DNA of 64,000 nt from an uncultured delta proteobacterium (lineage in GTDB: Bacteria > Myxococcota_A > Polyangia > Haliangiales > Haliangiaceae), in contig CAWKDB010000009.1 of the NCBI GenBank assembly GCA_963848295.1, forward strand, positions 16,682-80,681, read 5' to 3'. Positions 36,737 to 47,555 of this stretch are shown here, one piece after another. The notes under the pieces were generated by a model. That model made no database searches and was not told the DNA's origin. It worked only from the letters and a program-made list of their open reading frames with translations. Position numbers and translations under genes: made by a program. How positions within the stretch are numbered: position 1 is the stretch's first letter; each line of letters opens with the position of its first letter.

Positions 36737-37483
36737 CTAAGCGAGCGTGCTGGTGAGCTTCCCGAACAGTTCCGCGAACCCGACAACGAAGGACTCCTCG
36801 ATCGTGTCCGCTCGGAATCGCCCCTTGGGGCGTGCCGGAACGCGACCGAGGTCGCGCTCCAACGCCACGAGTACGAGCGTCACAACGCACAGCAGGTCGC
36901 GGCGGTCCAGCTGGGTCGTCGGTTCGGCGGCGGCGTGCGCACCAAGTCGCCGGAATGCCGCTCGAACGCGTGCAATCGCCTCCCGTTGCCGCGAATCCTT
37001 CAGCTGTGCCGCCCCGCTGGCTGCGACCTCGAGCAGCCAGTCCAGATCCGGCTGGTACCGCTGAAACAACGGGAACCAATCCCCCGCTCCCAGCGCGAGC
37101 CCCCACTCCGCGTTCCCAGCAAGGTTGATCGCGAGTTGCTGCCCCCGAACCCGAGATCGAGGAGCCGCTGGGATGCTCGCGGTGAGCGGCGGAAACCGAA
37201 GCGGCGCACGTGACAAGACGGGGCCGAGGTCGCGCTCGATCGCCGCGAGCAGGATCGCGAGCGCGAGTTTCAGATCGCGGGTATCGACGCGCGCACCGCC
37301 GCCCGCAGCGAGCTCGCGCAATGCAGCTCGCAGTCGCCCGATCGCCGCAGTCCGATCGGGCGCCGCGCCCTCCGCGATATCGAGCAACCACCCCAGGCTC
37401 GACCGGTACTTCTGGAGGAACGGCAAGGAGGTGCCGGCAGAGGAGATGGTGAGCCTGGTGTCGGCGTTGAGGTCGATGAACAC
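36737..37483 (-). CDS. Hypothetical protein made of two tandem homologous domains
   Basis: Intact 248 aa with a GAAAGGA RBS. Both halves contain QxY...L.WLL.(I/V)A...AI.R.RAA.R.L...D.RDL...(I/L)ERDLG. Confidence 0.7.
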   Translation of the reverse strand: MFIDLNADTRLTISSAGTSLPFLQKYRSSLGWLLDIAEGAAPDRTAAIGRLRAALRELAAGGGARVDTRDLKLALAILLAAIERDLGPVLSRAPLRFPPLTASIPAAPRSRVRGQQLAINLAGNAEWGLALGAGDWFPLFQRYQPDLDWLLEVAASGAAQLKDSRQREAIARVRAAFRRLGAHAAAEPTTQLDRRDLLCVVTLVLVALERDLGRVPARPKGRFRADTIEESFVVGFAELFGKLTSTLA

Positions 37484-37614
37484 AGCTTGGTCCTTTCGTC
37501 GGGCAATGCCCGGTCATGCCCGCACGCGGCGAGCGTCATCGCCGCGCGACCAACGCGCGGCGGAACATCAACAGAGATCGAACGAGTCGGCGATCGGTGT
37601 CAGCTCGTCAGCAG

Positions 37615-38820
37615 CTACTTGCCCGGCTTCCCAGTAGTCGTCGCCTCCGTCGGCGGGCTTCCCGGCGCAGTCGTCGAGGTGGTGGACGTCGGCGGCCCCA
37701 CCAGAGAAGGCCTCGGTGACCGCTGAGTCTGGAGCTGTGCGAGGGTAGCGCGCACGGTCGCAGCCGCGTCGGTGACGCTGAGCGCCCTCAGCTCGTTGAA
37801 CCACGTCGCCTGTTCGGCCTGGGTCAACTCGCTGGCGATGGTGGCAACGAGCACCTGCTCCTCGCGACTGAGCGCGTTCTTCACCGCGAGGAAGTGCGCC
37901 ATGCTCACTGCGTCGGTGGGAACAGCGACAGGAGGCGTCGTCACCGGGGGCGCCGGCGGCTGAACGCGCGGCAGGGGCGCCGGCGGCGCTGCCACAGCCT
38001 GAACCACCGTGACCTGCGTCTGAGCCTCGCGCTCTCGCTGACCCTCGGCGTATGCCTTCCTCATGTCGAGGACCGAACCGAGCGACGGCATCTTGCCGCT
38101 GAACTTGTTGATCAGCTTCGACACGACGTCGGACGCGACCTGCGAGACGATCTTGTTGATGTCGAAGCCCGGGGGCATCGGGAATCCGCCGAACATCGTG
38201 GGTGCGGTGCCGTGGGCGCCTCCTCCGCCTTCGTCATCGTCCTCCTCGTCCTCGTCGTCGTCCTCGTCGCCGTTCTCATTCGCGGCGTTGCGGAGGGCCG
38301 ACGGCGGGAGGTCGCGCTGCTTGAGCGCGTAGAGGCCAGTCCCCGTCGCGACGTTCAGCATCGTCGTCATCGCCTCCATCAGCTGGGGCAGCCGATCGAC
38401 GGCGCGCATCGAGATCTCGGCGTTCTGCCGCAACGCTTCAGCATTGAGCCGAACCGCTTCGATCACGGCCTGCCCGAGCCCAGCCATCGTGCTGTCGACC
38501 CGCGCATCGCTCGTGCGCTCGATCGCGTGATCGCCCGAGGCGTTGCGCTCTGCCTTGATCACCTGGATGTACGCGGGCGGCACGTTCTCGACGACCTTTC
38601 CGTCGTCGCCGATTCCATCGAGGCGGTACTTGCCGGACGCCGTCACCGCTTCGTGAAGGTCATCGAGGTCCGCCTCGATCGGCAAGGTCAACGGGCGACC
38701 CTCGCGCGAATACACCAACTCGGGTGCACCGCGCGGCTTGAGGCGCCGCACCCGCCACGTCGTCACCGTCGACGGAACCTCGAACGTGTCCCCACTCATC
38801 GTGTACGCCAGCTCGCTCAT
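37615..38820 (-). CDS. Hypothetical protein heading the integrase operon (MSELAY...)
   Basis: GAAGGAGA RBS, globular N-domain, helical middle, acidic DDDEDEEDDDE tract, Pro-rich linker and helical C-domain. Confidence 0.75.
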   Translation of the reverse strand: MSELAYTMSGDTFEVPSTVTTWRVRRLKPRGAPELVYSREGRPLTLPIEADLDDLHEAVTASGKYRLDGIGDDGKVVENVPPAYIQVIKAERNASGDHAIERTSDARVDSTMAGLGQAVIEAVRLNAEALRQNAEISMRAVDRLPQLMEAMTTMLNVATGTGLYALKQRDLPPSALRNAANENGDEDDDEDEEDDDEGGGGAHGTAPTMFGGFPMPPGFDINKIVSQVASDVVSKLINKFSGKMPSLGSVLDMRKAYAEGQREREAQTQVTVVQAVAAPPAPLPRVQPPAPPVTTPPVAVPTDAVSMAHFLAVKNALSREEQVLVATIASELTQAEQATWFNELRALSVTDAAATVRATLAQLQTQRSPRPSLVGPPTSTTSTTAPGSPPTEATTTGKPGK

Positions 38821-39337
38821 GCAATCTCCTTCGATGAAACTGACTCTACGCGCTCGGTCTGACGTACCGCTCGTGCGTTCAGGTAACCGCCGAGAATGAG
38901 GCCGAATCCCGGGATTAGACCGCTTGTGTGAAGAACCTGTCCGCCGCGCGGACACACTTGGCGCCCCGTTCCGCGTTCAGGACATCGCTGCACAGGGGTT
39001 CGCGCTGCGCCCATCTTGCCTCGATCTTTCGGCCGCGAGATGGCCGACATTTGGCCTCTGGATATCCTCCGGAATCGTTCGGCGAGCGCGGGCGCAACAC
39101 CGCAAAACGCGCGCAGCGCGCGGAAATTCGCGCCTCCTTTGCCCGAGCGATGATTCGCGGTTCTATCTCGGCCCGTGACGCATGATGATCGGGATCGAGA
39201 TGGAGGCGTTGCGGTGGCCTACGGCGCTGCGGCTGCACAGCCGGCAAGCTTGGAGTGGCCGGTTCACGCGTGCGTTTCGCAAGTGACCGGCATGATGCCG
39301 CTCGCGCAGCGAGCACGACTGGAGCTATCATCGGAAC

Positions 39338-40012
39338 ATGCGTTGGGCGTGGCTCGGGTTGCTGACGGCGTGTGGGGGCTCGGAGCCCGCAGTTCCCGCA
39401 CCCGATGCCGCACAAGCGGTCGATCTCGACCGCATCGACATCATCGTGTCGTCGCGCTGGGTCTATGTGTTTCCGCAGTACTCGCATCCGTTGACCGCCG
39501 AACAGCTCGACATCCCGGACATCGGCGGGTGTGGCTCGTTCACGCGGGACTGGTCGTCGAGCTATCCGACCGCGCTCACGTCGATTGTCATGGATGGCAT
39601 ACCGCTGCGATCCGATGCGACCTCCGATCCGTTCGTCTCGTTCACGGGCGGCGTCACGACCGCAACCGTGTTTCACGCGACCGACGCCGGCCGGACGATC
39701 GACGTTCCGATTCACGCAGGTCCGTATGTCGGCGCGACGGATCCGGTCGTGACGAGCTCGGATGCCGGCATGACCGTGCAGTGGAACGCGGCTGGTGCGG
39801 ACTCGGTGTTCGTCGGCACCGCGGGTGGCATCTTCGGCCTCTCGGGCTGCCGCGTCTCGGGCACCGAGAGCTCGTACACGTTCCAGTTTCCGCAAGGTGG
39901 CCAGGGCGACGTCTATGTCGAGGCCTTCGCCACGCCCGAGGTGTACGACACGACTATCGGCCCGGTGCGCGTGTTCTACGGCGATGTCGCGACGACGCCG
40001 TTCGGGATGTAG
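39338..40012 (+). CDS. Lipoprotein, hypothetical
   Basis: MRWAWLGLLTAC lipobox and a beta-rich body. Confidence 0.7.
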   Translation: MRWAWLGLLTACGGSEPAVPAPDAAQAVDLDRIDIIVSSRWVYVFPQYSHPLTAEQLDIPDIGGCGSFTRDWSSSYPTALTSIVMDGIPLRSDATSDPFVSFTGGVTTATVFHATDAGRTIDVPIHAGPYVGATDPVVTSSDAGMTVQWNAAGADSVFVGTAGGIFGLSGCRVSGTESSYTFQFPQGGQGDVYVEAFATPEVYDTTIGPVRVFYGDVATTPFGM

Positions 40013-40100
40013 CGTTCGCGATTTACGCCACTCGTCGCAATCGCCTAGATAGATGGTGTGTTCTATCGGTGACCAGCTGGCGTAACATCCACCGCTGCTC

Positions 40101-41382
40101 GTGCAGTTGATCCGATGTGCCGCCTCGCTCCTCCTCGCCGCCACGGCATGCGGTGGTGGCCCGACACACTCCCCAGCCACGGGAGACGCCTCGACCGCTG
40201 GCTCTGGGTTTCTCGTCTACACCGAGGCCGGCACTGATCGCGTCATGCGATTGGACCTACAAACGGACGAGAAGGTCGTGATCGATCCAGGTCAGTTCGG
40301 ATCGCTCGCGATCGCGCCGGATCGAAGGTATGTCGCGTACGTCGGCACGGACAAGATCCCGAAGGTCGCCGACTTCGCCGGTAGCGTGACGCCGCTCGCA
40401 ACGGAACCCGCCGGTTGCAGCGGCACGCCGGTGTGGGGCCCCGGCGATTCGATCTCGTACTGCGTGGACAACAGCAGTGGCTCGGGAACCGTCCTCGTTC
40501 CATCGATCGGCGCGCCGACCATGTTCTTCGGCGATCAGTTCGCGGTCACTGCGGATGCGTCTCACATCCTCTTCGTCGACCGGCAGCAGCCGGGCGGGCC
40601 GAGCCAGCTCGGAGACCTCATCGAGGAGACCGCGACCGGTGCCGATCGTCGGGTGTTGCGGTCGGGCATGGCTGATTTCATCATCGCGCTCACGCCAGAC
40701 GGCGCCAGCGTGTTGGTCTACGAGGCACAAGCCGCACCGCCATATCGCGCGCTGCGGATCGCCCTCGCCGACGGCAGCGTACAGCAGGACCTCAGGAGTG
40801 TTCTCGATCGCCGGCACGCTCGCCGGCAGCTCGCCGTTCTCGCCGGACGGGAAGCAACTGCTCGTCTGGACGAACAGCGCGCTTGCGGCACTCGACATCG
40901 CGACCGGCACGACGCGAACGCTCGCGACGTTCGACACACCGTTGCATGCGCTGGCCGGCGCGTGGATTGATGCGACCCGCATCTTGTACTACCGGCAAGA
41001 CGATCTGACGCCCCCCGGCTCCGATGTCGGCATGACGACCGAATCCATCTGGGTCAGCGACGGCACGCCTGCGCAACTCTTCGCTGCGACCGGCACGAAC
41101 ACGCAGTGTGACCTCCGGTCCGTATCGCTCTCCCAGCAGCTCGCGGCGGCGCGCTGCCCGGATCCGACGCTCATCGACTTCGCTGGGCAGACGATCGTCA
41201 CACATCCGGGCTTCGACACCGTGGGGATCACCGGCGACGGGCGTCTGATCTCGATCGCGTTCGACGGCACCGTCAGCATGACTGGCACCGACACGACGCG
41301 TACGCTCGTCGTTGCTGAGACGCCTTTCCAGCATACGACGCCGATCGATCTGCTCGATCCGTACGCCGTGTTTGCACCTTAG
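40101..41382 (+). CDS. TolB-like beta-propeller lipoprotein (frameshift near 40790)
   Basis: LAATAC lipobox and repeats IAPDRRYVAY, VTADASHILF, LTPDGASVLV, FSPDGKQLLV. Confidence 0.7.
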
Positions 41383-41574
41383 CCAGTGACAATATCCCAG
41401 CGGCTAAGCTGTGCGGACCCAGCGACTCGATCTCGGCCGCATGTGAGCTGAGAGGCGGGTGCGTGTCGCCGCCTTGTGGCCCGCAGCAAAACGCGGCAGG
41501 CCCTGTGCGCCGAGACGATAAGCGTCAAGGTCTCACCAAGCAACGCACGCTCCACGGCGTTCTCTGAGGGGTTA

Positions 41575-44094
41575 GTGTTGGGAGTGGCCGGCTCGCGCAA
41601 GATCTGGTGGTTCGGAGCACTCATTCTGCTAGCCGTCGCCGGCGCGATCGTCGGCAACGCGATGACGTGCGGTTCAGGGCACGATGAACCGAGCGCGACG
41701 GCACGAGGCTCCGCCGATGGCAGGAACGCGGCTGTCAGACAGAACACCCACCCGACGTCGGCAAATGCCGCGGAGCCCGAGGACCCACCCGGCAACCTGC
41801 GGCTAGAAGGCCAGGTCATCGACGAGCAGCAACAGCCGGTGGTGGGCGCCGACGTAACGCTGTGGCCAAGTGAGAGGCATGCGATCAGCGACACGAGCGG
41901 CTCGTTCGCGTTCGACAAGCTGATCAAGCGCAGGTATCAGCTGGCCGCTCGCAAGGATGATCTCTATGCAGGCGTCTCGCGGGTCCGTCTCTTCGAGACC
42001 AGCGAGCCGGTAACCCTACGAATGCGTCTTGGCGCCAAGCTCGTCGTGCATGTTATGGAAGACCGAGCGCCGATCGAAGGTGCCTTGGTCATCCTGGACG
42101 ACCAAGCGAGAGCGACGAGTGACCGTTCGGGCACCGCCACGATCGGCGGCGTTGGCCCTCACTTCCATCACGTCGAGGTCACAGCCGATGGTCGCGCTCC
42201 AGCGCGCATGTCGCTCATGCTCGGAGACGACGCGGGTGGGATCGTCGACCGCACAGTGACCCTTCACCACGGTGCCTCTCTAAGCGGCGTCGTCGTGGGC
42301 CCCGACGGGAAGCAGGTGACGGATGCGACCGTGCAGGTCGACGCTGGAGAATGGAGCGGACGCGCAACCTCGGACGGAGCCGGAGCGTGGCGCTTCGATG
42401 CGCTGGGCGCTGGCAAGGTCTCGTTGAGCGCAACCTCGAAGGCGCTCGGGCCGGCGCCTGACGTCGAAATCGAGCTCGATGGTGTCACTCCACGTCGGGA
42501 CATCGTGGTGCACGTCGCCGTCGATGCACAGCTCATTGGTACGGTGACAGACGCGAGCGGCACACCGATCGCCGGCGCGACCGTGATAGCGAGCGATTCC
42601 ACGCGTCGGCCGTATCCCAATCGCAGTGGCACCGACGGTCGATTCGAGTTCCTCGGCATCAAGGCGGGCACGTACGAACTGGTCGCACGAACGGACAGCC
42701 AGGCGTCCCCGTCCACGCATGTGACGATCGCAAATGACCAGCGTGCCGAGGCCAAGCTTGTCGTCCAGGACTCGGGCATTGCCGGCACTGTCGTCGACGC
42801 CAAAGGCACGCCGATTCCCGAGGCGCGCGTGAGCGCGATGCCGGACGGCCGCGTCTCGATGGCGAACTTCTCCAACGACATCACCGACTCGCGCGGTCAC
42901 TTCAATCTCGGCGGCCTGGAGCCTGGAGACTATCGACTCGACGCCAGCTGGCCCAATCAGACAGACCGGCGCGTCGGTGCGGGCGAGCACGTGAAGGCCG
43001 GCAATCGGAATGTCAAGCTGGTCCTCGAGACTCCTGCAACGGTCACCGGCCGCGTGCTTCTCGATGGCTCGCCCGTCACGAGTTACGGCCTCCTCCTAAC
43101 GGACCATCCCGAGTTCTCCTCTAATGGCGCCCCCAGCGGCATTCACGCTGCGGACGGTCGCTTCACCCTGCGCGGCATCCAATCGGGAAGATGGGGAATC
43201 GTGCTGATCGCTCCGGGGACGGCTCGCAAGACCATCGACGACATCAAGATCGAACAGGGGAAAACGACCGACCTCGGCAACATCGCTCTGTCACACGGGC
43301 AACGAATCAGCGGGCACGTCCGAGACTCCGCGGGATCACTTGTCGCCGGTGCAACGGTGACCTTCGGGCTCATGGTGTCAGGCCTCGACGCGGGGCCGCT
43401 CGAACGCTCGTTCCGTGGTCAGTTCCAGACGACGACAAACGAGGCAGGGGGATACGCCTTTGATGGAATCGCTCCGCTTGGAAACCCTCGTGCGGATCAG
43501 ATCTCCGCCGCTCATCCCGATCGCGGCGCCTCCCCTCCGAGCAGCGTTCCCGTTGGCGATGGCGTTGTCGACCTTGTGCTTGCCGCGACTGGTGGGATCG
43601 ACGGGACGGTAGAGGGCTCGGCGGAGAGCCTCGGCATCGTCAACGCGAGCACCACCAGCGATCGCGGGGGCAGACTAACGGCACGCGTCGATCGCTCAGG
43701 TGCGTTTCACTTCGATGGGCTGCCGGCCGGCGACTATACGCTCTCGATGTTTCCCTTGCCCGGACGGACGGGACCAGCGCCGGCGTCCGTGACCGTAGTC
43801 GCGAACCAGCGGGCAAAGGCAAAGCTCGTCGTGCCGAACGGCAACGTCACGCTCATCGTCAAGATCAGCGGTGGCACCTGCACGGGCGTCATGTTGATGC
43901 CTCCCGGCGACGGGCCATTCAGGTGGGGCGACTATCGCGGATTCGCGAGCTGCTCTGGCGACACCGCTGAGTTCGATGGCGTGGAGCCTGGCAGCTATCG
44001 AGTATGTGCGGGCGCTGTGAACTGCACACCGGTGACGGTGTTGCCGGCCCCGGAAAAGCAGACGGTTCAAGTCCAGAACGGCTCAGGGCATTGA
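41575..44094 (+). CDS. Membrane-anchored protein with multiple carboxypeptidase-regulatory-like (transthyretin/Cna-B-like) repeats
   Basis: N-terminal TM and repeated GxVxDxxGxPIxGAxV...TDxxGxFxFxxLxxGxY. Start is approximate. Confidence 0.85.
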   Translation: MLGVAGSRKIWWFGALILLAVAGAIVGNAMTCGSGHDEPSATARGSADGRNAAVRQNTHPTSANAAEPEDPPGNLRLEGQVIDEQQQPVVGADVTLWPSERHAISDTSGSFAFDKLIKRRYQLAARKDDLYAGVSRVRLFETSEPVTLRMRLGAKLVVHVMEDRAPIEGALVILDDQARATSDRSGTATIGGVGPHFHHVEVTADGRAPARMSLMLGDDAGGIVDRTVTLHHGASLSGVVVGPDGKQVTDATVQVDAGEWSGRATSDGAGAWRFDALGAGKVSLSATSKALGPAPDVEIELDGVTPRRDIVVHVAVDAQLIGTVTDASGTPIAGATVIASDSTRRPYPNRSGTDGRFEFLGIKAGTYELVARTDSQASPSTHVTIANDQRAEAKLVVQDSGIAGTVVDAKGTPIPEARVSAMPDGRVSMANFSNDITDSRGHFNLGGLEPGDYRLDASWPNQTDRRVGAGEHVKAGNRNVKLVLETPATVTGRVLLDGSPVTSYGLLLTDHPEFSSNGAPSGIHAADGRFTLRGIQSGRWGIVLIAPGTARKTIDDIKIEQGKTTDLGNIALSHGQRISGHVRDSAGSLVAGATVTFGLMVSGLDAGPLERSFRGQFQTTTNEAGGYAFDGIAPLGNPRADQISAAHPDRGASPPSSVPVGDGVVDLVLAATGGIDGTVEGSAESLGIVNASTTSDRGGRLTARVDRSGAFHFDGLPAGDYTLSMFPLPGRTGPAPASVTVVANQRAKAKLVVPNGNVTLIVKISGGTCTGVMLMPPGDGPFRWGDYRGFASCSGDTAEFDGVEPGSYRVCAGAVNCTPVTVLPAPEKQTVQVQNGSGH

Positions 44095-44121
44095 GCGTGC
44101 GCGCACGAGGTGGGTAGTCTG

Positions 44122-44643
44122 ATGCGTGCGTGGCTCCTATGTGCGTTTTGCGCGTGCTGGCATTCGGAAGCCCTAGCGCCAACGCCAACCCGAGCGCTCG
44201 TCGCGATCAGGAAGCCGCCACCGGCCCACGAACGCGACCTCGACCTCCAGCCGGGTGACGATCCGTCCCAGCTCTCGACCTTTCTGTGGAGGTCGAGAGA
44301 TCCGATCACTTCGCTCGTCGACGGGCCAGTGGTAACCGTCGACATCGCCACTGCCACGGTGGACACGCGCTGCGGAACCTCCGCGGAAGATGTGGTTCGC
44401 CGCTGGACCGCGTCCGTACGCGATCCCGACGGTGAGATGGTGTGGTGTGAGCGAGGGAAGCGCAACGATTACACCCTGTGCATGCAGTGGAACTCGACGC
44501 ACTCCGAGCTCCTGATGCTGCTCTTTCGCTACAGCGACCGCTGGCAACTGTCCGCGATGATCACGGGGCCGATCGGCCACGTGGCCGCGTGGCGTAACGG
44601 CTCGGCCCTGTTCGCTGCGTTGTCCGCTGCACGCTGCCCGTAA
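44122..44643 (+). CDS. Secreted/lipoprotein hypothetical
   Basis: MRAWLLCAFCAC N-terminus and an intact ORF. Confidence 0.5.
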   Translation: MRAWLLCAFCACWHSEALAPTPTRALVAIRKPPPAHERDLDLQPGDDPSQLSTFLWRSRDPITSLVDGPVVTVDIATATVDTRCGTSAEDVVRRWTASVRDPDGEMVWCERGKRNDYTLCMQWNSTHSELLMLLFRYSDRWQLSAMITGPIGHVAAWRNGSALFAALSAARCP

Positions 44644-44719
44644 TCTCCGAATCAGAGCGGGCTCCACGTCACGCGACACACCGCTGCGCAGGTCGCGCCC
44701 CGCGACCACCAACAAGCGC

Positions 44720-47492
44720 CTACCACTTGACGGAAGTGATCGTCGCCCGCAGGCCGCTTGTCATGTTCAACGTCGCTACCGTGCCGACAGCGACGTTATC
44801 GGACGCCAGGAACCGCACGGCGTGTTCCAGTCCGACCGCAGCGACCAGCTGACCATCGAGCTGAGCGATCGAGTCCCCGACCGCGATGCCGGCCACGGCC
44901 GCCGGACTCCCGGCCTTCACCTTCGTCACGACGACGGCATCACCTCGAACTTCGAGCGTGAGGCCAAACGTGCCGGCGTCTCCGCTACGCGGGGGAACGA
45001 TCTTCAATGGCCCAGGTCGACGCGCTCTCCGGGCTTCGCGGAATAGGGGTACTTGTCGAAACCCATGCCGAGCTGCTCCGGCAGCAGCCCGATCTCGTCG
45101 GTCCCCGCAGGCACCCGCTCGAGAACAAAGCGCCCATCTGCGCCGGTCTTGGCGCCGGTGCCACGCGCGATCACCTGGATGCTCGGCACCGGTTGTTCGG
45201 TCAGCGCACTGACAACGACACCGGTCAGCGTTGCATATGGGCCGAGCGTCATCGTGAGCGTCATGGGCTCGCCACCAACGATGACCGACGCCGTCGCTGA
45301 TCCGTCGGCGCTGGTGGCTTCACATCGATACTCGCCTCGAGCGAGATCAGAGAACGTGTACTTGCTATCGGCCTCCGCTTGGAGCCCATAGGTGCCGACC
45401 GGCCCCGAACAGCTCAGGCTGACCTTCTGAGCGGGCTTGCCTCCACGCGTGACCGCGATCGTCAACGAGCTTCGCGACACCAGCATGATGGTGACGAGGT
45501 CACCCGTCTGGACGCCGCTCTTGATTCCCCGCGACGCGCCACGAGCACCGTCGGCCATGACCGCGTACGTTCCTGGTCGCAACTTGTCGATCGTGAAGCC
45601 GCCGCTCGCATCGGTGCGAACGGTGCCGCTCGGGGGCGCATACCCTTTGTATTCGGGACGCTCGACCTCGCGCAGCGCCTGCACCTCCACGCCGCTCGCG
45701 GGCTTGCCGTCGGTCCCGAGCACGGTCCCGCGAATCTGTGCTTCCCGCGTTTCGACGGTGATCGTCACGCCGTCGCGATCACGACCGTCGACGATCTCGA
45801 CCTCGGCCTTCGCGCTATCGAAGTGATCGCTCCGGTCGACGGCGTCGAGCTGCCAGGTTCCGTCTTCGAGACCCACGATCTTGAACGAGCCATCCGGTGC
45901 GGTCTTGCCGGTACGGTAGATGCCACCGCGGCGATACCTCGTCGCGAGCGGCGCATCGATCCGGTTGGTAAAGACGTCGGCGCCGACGACCGGCGCGCCG
46001 GTCCGGTCGACGACGCGACCCGAGATCGAGCTGCGTGGAGTGAGGTGAACGACAAGCGCCGGTTGATTCGGGCCGCCGATGGATATCAATGCCGAGCCCG
46101 AACGGCCGTCCTTGGCCATCGCGAAGACCTCGAGGTCGCCCGAGGGCACATCCCGAAGTGTGAACGTTCCCTTGGAATCCGAGTCGGTCCGAGCCCGTCC
46201 AATGCTCACCGTATCCTTGTCGGAGATATCTGCGAGAGGGTCGCCGCCGGCTCTGGCCACTCCGATCTGCGCGGCTATCGGCGGCTCGACACGCCCAAAC
46301 AGCGTCACGGCGCTGCGCATCTCAATCAACGCGCCGGTGACGACCTTGTCGGTCACGTCGATGTCGATGCCAGTCTCGAACAGCATGCCGCGCCTGTCCG
46401 CCGACAGGATGTACTTGTCCGGAAGCGCCCCGACCAGCTCGAAGGAGCCATCGCTGTCACTCTGCGCCGAGATCGTCGTCGGGGCCGAATGAAGGGCCAT
46501 GGCGGAGATGGTGACGCCCTCGATGCCGCGCGCATGGTCGTCCTTCGCGACGACGCGGCCGACGATCGAGAACGCCGGATCGACCAGGACGCGCACGTCT
46601 GACTGGTGTGCGCCGACGTCCAGCTCGATGACCGTCGGCGTCACCGATGCGTAGCCCCGGCCACGTGCACTGATCGTGATCGTCCCCGTGTGCAGCCCGC
46701 GGAGGATGAACGAGCCATCTGCCGTCGCCTGCGCTGTCGAGAAATCACCGCTCAGGGTTGCATCGGGCACAGGCTGGTTCGTGTCGCGCGCGATCACCTG
46801 TCCCCGGATCTCGCCGCCGCGGACCAGCACGAAGTCAGCGGTTACGGGGTCGTCGTCAACGGCGACGTTCTGCGAGGCGCCCTGATACTCGGCGTGCGTC
46901 ACCTCCAGCTGAAACGCACCGGACGCCAGGCTCAACTGATAGCGACCGTCGGCTCCGCTGAACGTGACGAAGCTCGCACCGCCGGGTATCGATACGCCCG
47001 GACCTGCGCACCCACGATCGGCTCGTGCTTCTCGGACGCGATCACGCCAGCGACGATCGTGCCGCCTGCTTCCAGCGAAACGTCGACGTCGGCCTGCGAG
47101 CTGCCGTCGCTCACCAGCTCGCGCACGTGCGGCAGATACCCCACCGCAGTCGCGGTCAGCACGTAGCTTCCCGCCGGCACGTCGCTCGCCACCCATCGAC
47201 CGGCGCCGTCGCTGATCGCGATGAGCGGCGTGCTCTCCTCAGCGAAGATCGGGCGGTCCATCGCGAGAGCGACGATCGCGCCGACCAGTGGAGCGCCGGT
47301 CGTTGCGCTGAGGATACGGCCGGACAGCGTTGCCGAGGGCGCCGCATGCTCACGTGGCATCGCTGCGCCGATTCTACTGCCGGACCTGCGCGTTGCGGTT
47401 CGTGGTCCGTCGCCGCCGCCGTGAAGCCACCAAGCGATTGCTACTGCTGCGAGCAGTGCCACCCCGAGGACGCCCAGGACTCGCTTTCGCAC
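44720..47492 (-). CDS. Membrane-anchored carboxypeptidase-regulatory-like repeat protein with C-terminal PDZ domain (frameshifts near 46990 and 45005)
   Basis: TM anchor, repeated Cna-B-like units, PDZ motif FGLTLEV...VVTKVKAGSPAAVAGIAVGDSIAQLDG. Confidence 0.8.
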
Positions 47493-47555
47493 GCCGTCAG
47501 GATGATACGCGATGCCGCAGCGCGCGCAGCACGGCCTCTGGGGCCGTAACGCCCA

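Noticed and set aside
37484..37614. Hammerhead ribozyme (minus-strand CTGACGAG...CGAAA) in the intergenic gap
   Set aside because: Stem II cannot pair next to the core, and GAAAGGA is better explained as the RBS. Only a simple GC hairpin is present.
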